64,000 nt of DNA from Candidatus Latescibacterota bacterium (lineage in GTDB: Bacteria > Latescibacterota > UBA2968), in contig OZ242010.1 in assembly GCA_965204745.1 (NCBI GenBank), positions 5,355,264-5,419,263 on the forward strand, read 5' to 3'. The notes beneath the pieces are model-generated. The model saw nothing but the letters and a program-made list of their open reading frames with translations. It was not told the origin of the DNA and did not search any database. Position numbers and translations under genes: made by a program. This document shows, one piece after another, positions 48,753 through 56,166 of the stretch (position 1 is the stretch's first letter; every line of letters starts with the position of its first letter).

Positions 48753-49553
48753 ATGCCCCAAATTTTAACCCTGACAACGGATTTCGGCCTTTCTGATGGG
48801 TATGTCGCCGCGATGAAGGGCGTGGTGCTCACCTGTTTGCCCGATGCTCAAATCGTGGATATTACGCATCGAGTGCCGGCGCAGGATATTGTTGCGGGTG
48901 CGTTTGCCATGCGCTGTGCATGCGGATTTTTTCCCGCGGGCACGGTACACGTCGGCGTGATTGACCCCGGCGTGGGTAGCGACCGCAGGGGCATTGTCGT
49001 TGAAACCGAGCACTTCGTGTATGTGGGGCCGGACAATGGCCTGTTTTCATGGGTTTACGCACGAGAACCCGTGCGGCGGATTGTGGCGATTGAAAATGCG
49101 GCGTTGATGCGTCCGCAGGTCAGTTCGACATTTCACGGTCGCGATGTGTTCGCGCTGGTGGGGGCGCGTTTGCTCACGGGCGTGCCCTGTGGCGAGGTGG
49201 GACCGGAAATTGACGATCCGGTCACATGCGATTTGTGGCGCGTTGAAGAAGAGATAGACGCACTCATTGGGCAAGTGGTCAGTGTGGATCATTTTGGCAA
49301 TGCCATCTCGATGATCTCCCGGGCGCGTATCGACGAAAAATTTCCCGATGGGAATTTCGAGATCGCCGTGGGCAAGACCGGTTTTGATCGGATAGACCAA
49401 ACGTATGCCAGTGTCGCAGAAGGGCGCGCACTCGCGCTTTACGGTAGCTTGGACACGTTGGAAATCGCGATTCGCGGAGGCAGTGCAAGCCGCATGCTCG
49501 GCATCAAACGCGGGGATGAGATTCGAGTTCAGGGGAGGCGCGAGAGGCGATGA
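48753..49553 (+). CDS. SAM hydroxide adenosyltransferase (DUF62, chlorinase/fluorinase-like SAM hydrolase)
   Basis: ILTLTTDFGLSDGYVAAMKGVVL, IVDITH..P..DI..GAF, VHVGVIDPGVGSDRR, YVGPDNGL. These are canonical DUF62 blocks. Confidence 0.88.
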   Translation: MPQILTLTTDFGLSDGYVAAMKGVVLTCLPDAQIVDITHRVPAQDIVAGAFAMRCACGFFPAGTVHVGVIDPGVGSDRRGIVVETEHFVYVGPDNGLFSWVYAREPVRRIVAIENAALMRPQVSSTFHGRDVFALVGARLLTGVPCGEVGPEIDDPVTCDLWRVEEEIDALIGQVVSVDHFGNAISMISRARIDEKFPDGNFEIAVGKTGFDRIDQTYASVAEGRALALYGSLDTLEIAIRGGSASRMLGIKRGDEIRVQGRRERR

Positions 49554-49833
49554 GCCACAATGGGAGCCACAAAAGGCACAAAAACACGAGCGGGATACAA
49601 CTGGCGACAACCCGTTCAAAGGCGAGATGGGAGCCACAAAAGGCACAAAAACACAAAAGGCGAGCGGGATACAACTGGCAACAGCCAGTTCAAAGGCGAG
49701 CGGGGTACAACTGGCAACAGCCAGTTCAAAGGCGATCCAAACAAATGTAGGATGCCTCCGTGTTCGCCCAATATATACAAGAGGGGAGAGGGGTGGCCTT
49801 CTCACGTCTTGCCTCTCACCTCTCACTTCTCAC
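49554..49833. repeat. Dense mosaic of intergenic repeat modules
   Basis: 2x TGGGAGCCACAAAAGGCACAAAAACAC (49561-49587, 49628-49654). 3x inverted hairpin module (49591-49622, 49665-49696, 49701-49732). GGTGGCCTTCTC (49792-49803). A CTCAC-type heptamer run (49801-49833). Confidence 0.9.
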
Positions 49834-49860
49834 CTTTGACGGTGGGTTGCCTTTCGCCTT

Positions 49861-50829
49861 TCATCTGCGTTCATCTGTGTCCATCCGTGGTCGCGCTTGT
49901 CTTTTTGAAACCTGCAGTTGCAATTTTTGAATGCGCCCATTGCCCGAATCCAGAACGAATAATCTGCCTGCGCGCCCGAGGGCGACGCCGCGAGGAGTTT
50001 GAAATGACATTGGGCCATGTCCCGGGTCGGGGCCGCCCAAGAAGCCTGCGACGCGGCCCGAATGCAGGTCAAAGACCACGATGCGATGGTGGCCCGTATC
50101 CGCGACGATAAGCGTGCGTTGCGGGCCAATGCAAAGGGCCGAGGGCTGCAATAAAATATCGTCGCCCATTGCGTTTTGAAAATTGCCGAACCGGTCGAAC
50201 ACCGCAATCCGATCATTTTCGCTGTCGCAGACATAAACCGCATCGCGCCCCTCTGTGGCAATGCCCAAAGGCCGCCGCAGATTGCCCGCGCCGTATCCGA
50301 ACCCGCCAAAACTGCGGTCAACGCGGCTATACGTGTCGATTTGCACGAGTTGATCCGCGTCTATGTCGCTTACCAAAATTTCGTCTGCATCTGTCACGGC
50401 AATGCCGCCGAGTGTGCCCAAATCCACAGACGCATCCACGTCCGGGCCGCCGATGACAGCCAAGAGGCGCAGGTTGAAATTGAACACCTTAATGCGGCGG
50501 TTTCGGCTATCTGCCACGTAGATTTCCAAGCCCTTGCCCGCGGTGATCCCACTGGGCTTGTCGAATTGTCCATCTGCCCAGCCCGGCGCGCCAACAGCCC
50601 TCAAAAACGTGCCATTAGGAGACAATTTTTGGATGCGGTCATTCCCGGTATCGGCCACAAACAGATTGCCGGACATGTCGAGGGTCAAGCCTTCGGGGTC
50701 GAGAAATTGCCCATCGCCACCGCCTATTTCGCCAAAAACAGCCTCAAAGCGAAAATCGACCTGCACCTCTGCGCCCACCGTTCCAACCCGCATCAGCGCG
50801 AAGATGAGCAGAAAAAAAATAGGTCTCAT
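49861..50829 (-). CDS. NHL-repeat beta-propeller protein (secreted)
   Basis: Signal peptide MRPIFFLLIFALMRVGTVGA. Repeated NHL motifs VADTGNDRIQKL, VADSRNRRIKVF, VCDSENDRIAVFD, VADTGHHRIVVFD, VLDSGNGRIQKL. Confidence 0.85.
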   Translation of the reverse strand: MRPIFFLLIFALMRVGTVGAEVQVDFRFEAVFGEIGGGDGQFLDPEGLTLDMSGNLFVADTGNDRIQKLSPNGTFLRAVGAPGWADGQFDKPSGITAGKGLEIYVADSRNRRIKVFNFNLRLLAVIGGPDVDASVDLGTLGGIAVTDADEILVSDIDADQLVQIDTYSRVDRSFGGFGYGAGNLRRPLGIATEGRDAVYVCDSENDRIAVFDRFGNFQNAMGDDILLQPSALCIGPQRTLIVADTGHHRIVVFDLHSGRVAGFLGGPDPGHGPMSFQTPRGVALGRAGRLFVLDSGNGRIQKLQLQVSKRQARPRMDTDERR

Positions 50830-51204
50830 AAAATTTATCCCAAAAATAGTGGTCAGGCCCCGCCGAAAACGAAACGACGAAACGGGGTACAACTTCGCGG
50901 CAGTTCATCGCAGGGCCAAGCCCCCGTGCCCCTGCGCCAAATCGAGGGGGGTTCCCCACATCTATCGTTTTTTGGCGGGATATCGGATCGCCTGTTCTTT
51001 GGGCGAATGACAAAGGGGATGTCGTGTTCATTAACCCCTTAAACCATTCTTGCCCCATAAATTCAATGCGCTTGCATGACGGGGTACAGTTGCGTAACTT
51101 GATCAGCCATAGACCTGTGCTTTCTGAAAAGGAGTGAGGGTTTTTGCGGGCAACTAATCTAACTCTTTTTTGTCTTTTGCACAGGGCTTTTATTTTTTTG
51201 TAGC

Positions 51205-51297
51205 ATGGCCTTGGCACTTCTTGCCAGCGCGATCCTCGTCCTGCTCGTCGCATTTGGAACGATGAGCATCCAAGCAAAAGAAAAGGAGAGAACATGA
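51205..51297 (+). CDS. Possible 30-aa hydrophobic peptide ORF overlapping the ABC ATPase start
   Basis: MALALLASAILVLLVAFGTMSIQAKEKERT*. Its TGA (51295-51297) overlaps ATG 51294 of the next gene. Too short to call confidently. Confidence 0.25.
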   Translation: MALALLASAILVLLVAFGTMSIQAKEKERT

Positions 51298-51968
51298 TCC
51301 AACTCAAAAACATCGAGAAATACTACGAAAGCGGCGTGGTCAAAACCTTTGTGTTGCGGCGGATTGAACTGGAAATCCGCGAGGGAGAATTTGTGTCGGT
51401 CATGGGCCCTTCGGGCGCGGGCAAGTCAACCCTGTTGCACATCTTGGGCATGCTGGACACCGCGTCCAACGGAACGTACTATTTTTACGGTCGTGCGGTT
51501 CACGAATTAGATGAACGCGCCTTGACCGAATTGCACCGCGACCACATTGGCTTTGTGTTTCAAAGCTACCACCTGATCGACGAATTGACCGTGTCGGAAA
51601 ATTTGGAAACGCCGCTGTTGTATCAAAAAGTCAAGGGCGCCGAGCGCAAAGGTCGAATCGCCGAAATGCTGGACCGCTTCAACATCGTCGCGAAAAAAGA
51701 CCTGTTTCCCAGCCAATTATCCGGCGGGCAACAACAACTGGTCGGCATCGCACGCGCCTTGATTATGCAACCGAAATTGATCTTGGCCGATGAGCCAACC
51801 GGCAACCTCAACTCGACAGAAGGCGAGCGGATCATGGCGCAGTTCAAGCAACTGAACGCCGAGGGCATAACTATCGTCCAATGCACGCACTCGGAAAAAA
51901 ACGCCGCGTACGGCGACCGCATCGTATCCCTGTCCGACGGCTGGATAGACAGCGATGAACGCCTATAA
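51294..51968 (+). CDS. ABC transporter ATP-binding protein (MacB/LolD/FtsE-like)
   Basis: Walker A GPSGAGKSTLL, Q-loop, signature LSGGQQQ, Walker B LILADEPTGNLD-type, H-loop CTHS. Confidence 0.92.
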   Translation: MIQLKNIEKYYESGVVKTFVLRRIELEIREGEFVSVMGPSGAGKSTLLHILGMLDTASNGTYYFYGRAVHELDERALTELHRDHIGFVFQSYHLIDELTVSENLETPLLYQKVKGAERKGRIAEMLDRFNIVAKKDLFPSQLSGGQQQLVGIARALIMQPKLILADEPTGNLNSTEGERIMAQFKQLNAEGITIVQCTHSEKNAAYGDRIVSLSDGWIDSDERL

Positions 51969-51995
51969 TCCACGCCATCAATTCGCACAAAAAAA

Positions 51996-52016
51996 TCCCC
52001 ACCGAAAAAGTGGGGA
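51996..52016. terminator. Hairpin TCCCCAC-N7-GTGGGGA flanked by an A-run (T-run on the minus strand)
   Basis: A 7-bp stem. The A7 run on the 5' side gives a U-tract only for minus-strand transcripts. Weak for the plus-strand ABC gene. Confidence 0.35.
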
Positions 52017-52020
52017 ATCA

Positions 52021-52067
52021 CGCCTCGCCTTTGGGCCGGGTCGAGGCGGGACAACTGACCACTGACT
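52021..52067 (-). repeat. Left copy of a 37-nt direct repeat (CGCCTCGCCTTTGGGCCGGGTCGAGGCGGGACAACTG) plus a short heptamer run
   Basis: 36/37 identical to 52411-52447. Contains the CGCCTCG/CGAGGCG inverted repeat. Followed by accactg actag. Confidence 0.9.
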
Positions 52068-52104
52068 AGGTTCTGTTGACATTTAGGAGCAAAGCAACTG
52101 GCTT

Positions 52105-52170
52105 GAGCGGTTTATCGAGAAAATCAAGCCCTATCGCAGAATATGCTCTCGGTTTGAGAAACTGGAATAG
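52105..52170 (+). mobile_element. IS5-family transposase 3'-end remnant
   Basis: Reads ERFIEKIKPYRRICSRFEKLE*. Homologous to 48583-48651 on the opposite strand. Confidence 0.55.
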
Positions 52171-52182
52171 TCGCTCCTTATC

Positions 52183-52407
52183 GGGACCTACCCCCCTGGC
52201 CCCCCTTCCTACAAGGAAGGGGGGGAACTGTGAGCGGTTTTGCGAGGGGATTGATGAGGGATATTTAATCGCTTTATGCCCTCGCAAAACGCCATCAGAG
52301 CAACCAGAGCGAGAAGCCATCAAAGGAACTTTACTCCCCTTTCCTCGTAGGCACAGGCGTAGCCTACAATGAGCGAAGCGAATAACGGGGCCGGGGGATA
52401 GGTCCCC
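52183..52407 (+). mobile_element. MITE-like nested-palindrome element, copy 2 (~225 bp)
   Basis: GGGACCTACCCCCCTGGCCCCCCTTCCTacaAGGAAGGGGGG ... CCCCTTTCCTcgtAGG...GGGGCCGGGGGATAGGTCCCC. Internal 12-bp inverted repeat GTTTTGCGAGGG/CCCTCGCAAAAC. Confidence 0.85.
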
Positions 52408-52410
52408 TCG

Positions 52411-52461
52411 CGCCTCGCCTTTGGGCCGGGTCGAGGCGGGGCAACTGACAACTGACAACTG
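52411..52461 (-). repeat. Right copy of the 37-nt direct repeat plus a (ACAACTG)x3 heptamer run
   Basis: cgcctcgcctttgggccgggtcgaggcggggcaactg acaactg acaactg. Confidence 0.9.
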
Positions 52462-52575
52462 CCTCTCACACCCCTTTTGTGTCTTCTGTGCTTTTTGTGG
52501 CTATTCCCACTGCCTCTCACACCCTTTTGTGTCTTCTGTGCTTTTTGTGGCTATCCCCACTGCCTCTCACACCCC
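52460..52575 (+). repeat. 51-bp tandem repeat, 2.3 copies (TGCCTCTCACACCCCTTTTGTGTCTTCTGTGCTTTTTGTGGCTATTCCCAC)
   Basis: Units at 52460-52510, 52511-52560 and 52561-52575 (partial). The last unit contains the stop codon of the PcfJ-like gene. Confidence 0.9.
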
Positions 52576-54285
52576 CCGCGACATAGACAGCCCTTCTTGC
52601 TCGCGCCACAAAAACAGCACATGGCGCGACTTCCGCAAATAGCGTTCGTAATGCTTGTTAAAATCCCGCCGCCTGCCATTGGGCGTCTTGCCATTGGGCC
52701 GCGCATTGCATTTGCCCCGCGCCTGCGTGATGCTCCGGCTGCCATTTTGCACGGCTATCGTCATCACGCGGTGCGTTTCATGCTCCGGCGTCGTCACTTG
52801 CATCGACCAGATCGACGTCCGCCCATTTTTGCAGTTGTTCGCGTACGAGCCGACGCAGTGGTGCATCTTCCGGCCTTCGTCGGACAATTCCTTGGCTGTC
52901 ACCAACTCGGTAATGGTCCAGCGATCCCTTGCGTTTCCATACCCGTCCGTTTCCGTCCAATCCAGCGCGTTGAATCCCGAAGGCGCCCACACCTTTGCGG
53001 GCAAGCGATTCTGCCGCGCCAACTGCCGGTGCCACATCTCGACCTGCCGCAACAACTTGACCATGCTGCGGCCCTTAATCGAAAAATTCGGTTGCTCTGG
53101 GGGCAACCGCACGATTTCGCCATTGACCACTTCCTCTCGCGGTGCGTACTTCTGATTGTGAATATAATCCACAATCGGGCCGACCTCGTCCGGGTCGAGC
53201 ATGGGATTGTTCACAAAAAAATGCACCACCTTGCACCAGAAAGACTCGCGATCAAAAGACGCCCCCAAGCGCGTGTTGTTCACAGCACGCACCAAGGGAT
53301 CTTCCCCGCCAAGCCCGAGAATTTGCCCGCGCCGAAACGCCTCGTAAATCGCGTAATCAGCAGGCGACTGCAAAAACAAATGGGCCATCTTCTTCGTCAG
53401 GGTCAGCGGAATATCGGCCTTGCGGATATTGCCCCCAGTGCCCACATGGACAAACCATCCCTGTTGCTGTCGCGCCTCAGCTTCCCCGCTGAGAAACCAC
53501 GCGATGTCCATAAACCCGGGCACCTCGTATTTCGCCAACAAATGTCGCGCCAAGGCCGCAAATTGCTTGCGCGCATTGTGCGACTCGGGCCGCCACGCAA
53601 TCGGATCGCGCAACCAATGCTCGTGCCAGCGCGCCAGTTCGCCCAAGGCTTCGATATGCGTATTGCCATCTTGCGGCCCCAAGCGCGCCATCGCGGGTTT
53701 GACGTCAAAGAACCGCCCGTGTTTTTCCACATGCAACAATAAGTGCAACAAGGCGCGCCGACCCTTGCGATCCCTGCCCATCCGATCAAACGCGCGCTGA
53801 ATTTTTTGCAAATGCGGGCGATTCAACGCCCCTTCCGGCAACGTGCCGTCACAGATCGCCCGAATCGTCTCTTGGGGCCGCCGCGTGTGATTTTTCATTT
53901 TCGCCAACACGGCATCGCTCTTCAGGCGTTCGGCCAAATCGCGTTCTTTTTTGCGTTGCGCCGCGCTTTTATGCGTGCCCGCGCTCAACCCATGCGCGTT
54001 GCACCACGCCGCGTAATCCGCGACCGTTTTCAACCCCAACTCTCGGATGTGTTGCAAGAGTTCCCGCTCGGTCAATTCCGCATCTATGGCCCGCTCGGCA
54101 ATCGTCCGCTCGCGCCGCCGCGCTTGCCATCCCTTGTTCAACGCCCGATTCAACCCGTGATCCCGGCACCACGTTTGATATTGCGCCACCCCCGTCAACC
54201 CGAGCGACCGAATATGCGCGGTCAAATCCGCATTTGCCTTGCCCGCGGCGCCTCGATGCCGTCTCTTTTTGCGCTTTGTCGCCAT
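52567..54285 (-). CDS. PcfJ-like domain protein
   Basis: C-terminal LSDEGRKMHHCVGSYANNCKNGRTSIWSM matches the PcfJ (HCV..Y....G) signature. The N-terminus has two ~45-aa repeats HIR.LGL..VA.Y..WC..HGL. Basic N-terminal tail. Confidence 0.65.
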   Translation of the reverse strand: MATKRKKRRHRGAAGKANADLTAHIRSLGLTGVAQYQTWCRDHGLNRALNKGWQARRRERTIAERAIDAELTERELLQHIRELGLKTVADYAAWCNAHGLSAGTHKSAAQRKKERDLAERLKSDAVLAKMKNHTRRPQETIRAICDGTLPEGALNRPHLQKIQRAFDRMGRDRKGRRALLHLLLHVEKHGRFFDVKPAMARLGPQDGNTHIEALGELARWHEHWLRDPIAWRPESHNARKQFAALARHLLAKYEVPGFMDIAWFLSGEAEARQQQGWFVHVGTGGNIRKADIPLTLTKKMAHLFLQSPADYAIYEAFRRGQILGLGGEDPLVRAVNNTRLGASFDRESFWCKVVHFFVNNPMLDPDEVGPIVDYIHNQKYAPREEVVNGEIVRLPPEQPNFSIKGRSMVKLLRQVEMWHRQLARQNRLPAKVWAPSGFNALDWTETDGYGNARDRWTITELVTAKELSDEGRKMHHCVGSYANNCKNGRTSIWSMQVTTPEHETHRVMTIAVQNGSRSITQARGKCNARPNGKTPNGRRRDFNKHYERYLRKSRHVLFLWREQEGLSMSRGV

Positions 54286-54365
54286 GAAATCCCCCTGCGC
54301 TTGTCGAGTCTATTTTACACTTGTTGGGATGCACCAGACGGCAAAAATGCGAATGGACAAAAAAA

Positions 54366-54407
54366 TCAGTAGTCAGTGGTCAGTGGTCAGTAGTCAGTCC
54401 GCCCCGC
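54366..54407 (+). repeat. Heptanucleotide tandem array (GTNGTCA)x4.4 + GTCCGCCCCGC flank
   Basis: Direct reading: tca gtagtca gtggtca gtggtca gtagtca gtccgccccgc. Confidence 0.95.
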
Positions 54408-54431
54408 AACCCCAAACCCGTACAAACAGCT

Positions 54432-55991
54432 TCAGTGGGAATAGTCAGGCAAAGAAATCTCGATCAGCGTTGGGCCATCCGCTTGCAATGCCTGTTCGAG
54501 CGCGTCGCCAAATTCTCGCGCACACGTCACGCGCACCCCCGCCATGCCAAAACTCTGTGCGAACATCACAAAATCCGGATTCGCCAGTTGCACCGCAATA
54601 TGCCGCCCCCCGCATTCTCGGTCCTGTGCGCGTTTGATTGCGGTGTACGCATTGTCATTGCACAAAATAATGGGCAGGGACACGCCTTGTTGCACCGCGG
54701 TTGAAAGTTCTGTTGCCGTGTACATAAACCCGCCGTCGCCGCACAGGGACACCACCTGCTTGTGTGGACACGCGATCTTCGCGCCCACGGCCGCGGGCAT
54801 GGAAAATCCCAGCGTCCCAAAAACCGTTGGCGACAGAAATGTGCGCGGGTGATATACCGGAAAAATCCTGCGCGCCTGATAGCTGATCATCGTCATGTCA
54901 TTTACGACCACCGCATCCCGGTCCAGCACGTCCCGCAAGATGCCCAACAATTCGGGAAAAGGGCCATGAGTCCCGGAATCGGACGCCGCGTCCTCACGCG
55001 GCACGGGCAGACGCCACGCGGTTTGCACCCCCTCCAACCGTGCGTGCAATGCCTGCAACCCCGCGCCTGCATCGCCGATCAGCGCGACATCCGGCGCAAA
55101 TGACCGCCCGATCACAGCCGGATCGATATCCAGGTGAATGAGTTTTTCCAGCGCGCCTTTCCACAGTTGCCCAAATCGAAACCCCAAGCGCGTGCCCACC
55201 GCGATCACCACATCGGCCTCCTTCAAACACTGCGTCATCGCCACATCGCGCACCAGCGCGGGATGATCCGCGGGGATCGCGCCCTGTCCATTGACCGTAA
55301 TCCCCACGGGCATGCCGAGGTTCTCCGCCAGCGCGACCACCTCAGCACTCGCATTTTGCGCGCCACCGCCAGCGATCAGCATGGGTTTGCGCGCCGATTG
55401 AATCAGCGCGGCGGCGGCATCGAGCGCGGACGCATCGGGCACTTGCGGCGGGCGATGCGCGGGTTCGGCAATCTCGACCTCTGCCTCTGCCGCGAACACA
55501 TCGAGTGGGACTTCCAGAATATAGGGGCGCGGTCGCCCGTACTTCATCGCCTCGAATCCCTCCGCCAAGGCTTTGGGGATCTCCGCCACGCAGGACACGC
55601 GCCGCCCCTGCCCGGTCACGGAAAACAACGTGCCAAATTGGTCGCGCATATCGTGCAATACCCCGGCATCTGTCCCGTTTGTCTCATCGGTTGGGCCGCT
55701 GCATATCAGCAACACGGGCGACGATTCCGCCCGTGCCTCGCCGATAGGGGTCAGCGCGTTCACCGCGGCCGGCCCGGTCGTGGTCAACGCCACGCCCACG
55801 CGCCCAGAGGCCCGCGCATACCCATCGGCCATAAAACCCGCGCCTTGCTCGTGTCGCGTGGTCACATGGCGAATGCGCGGATGACCGTACAGTGCATCGT
55901 AAAGTGCGAGGGTGTGAACTCCCGGAATGCCAAACACCACATCCACGCCCCATGCATCCAGCGTCTCAACCACAGCTCGACCGCCAGTCAT
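54432..55991 (-). CDS. Thiamine-diphosphate-dependent enzyme, acetolactate synthase large-subunit family
   Basis: MTGGRAVVETLDAWGVDVVFGIPGVHTLALYDAL N-terminal PYR domain. TPP-binding motif GDGGFMYTATEL...ILCNDNAY. Confidence 0.85.
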   Translation of the reverse strand: MTGGRAVVETLDAWGVDVVFGIPGVHTLALYDALYGHPRIRHVTTRHEQGAGFMADGYARASGRVGVALTTTGPAAVNALTPIGEARAESSPVLLICSGPTDETNGTDAGVLHDMRDQFGTLFSVTGQGRRVSCVAEIPKALAEGFEAMKYGRPRPYILEVPLDVFAAEAEVEIAEPAHRPPQVPDASALDAAAALIQSARKPMLIAGGGAQNASAEVVALAENLGMPVGITVNGQGAIPADHPALVRDVAMTQCLKEADVVIAVGTRLGFRFGQLWKGALEKLIHLDIDPAVIGRSFAPDVALIGDAGAGLQALHARLEGVQTAWRLPVPREDAASDSGTHGPFPELLGILRDVLDRDAVVVNDMTMISYQARRIFPVYHPRTFLSPTVFGTLGFSMPAAVGAKIACPHKQVVSLCGDGGFMYTATELSTAVQQGVSLPIILCNDNAYTAIKRAQDRECGGRHIAVQLANPDFVMFAQSFGMAGVRVTCAREFGDALEQALQADGPTLIEISLPDYSH

Positions 55992-56166
55992 AACGCCATC
56001 CTTTCGCTCCAGTTTGTGAAAAGTCAATATACATCCAAAAATGCCGGACATCAGATCCATTTTTACGGCCTTGCCAATCCTCTGGCAACGCGCTATTTTA
56101 ATATTCGTCAAACAAAAAACTCGAAGCGAGACTCATCGGTCGGTTCAGCCTAAAAAGGTCGGTTCT

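Noticed and set aside
49550-50111. ORFs 49550-49750 and 49560-50111 with repeated GYNW(R/Q)QPVQRR peptides
   Set aside because: The peptide repeats are simply translations of the inverted hairpin modules. The second ORF also runs antisense into the NHL gene.
52477-54372. Plus-strand ORFs 52477-53742 and 53743-54372
   Set aside because: Antisense to the PcfJ-like CDS. Their translations are Arg/Pro/His-rich, and the first starts inside the 51-bp tandem repeat.
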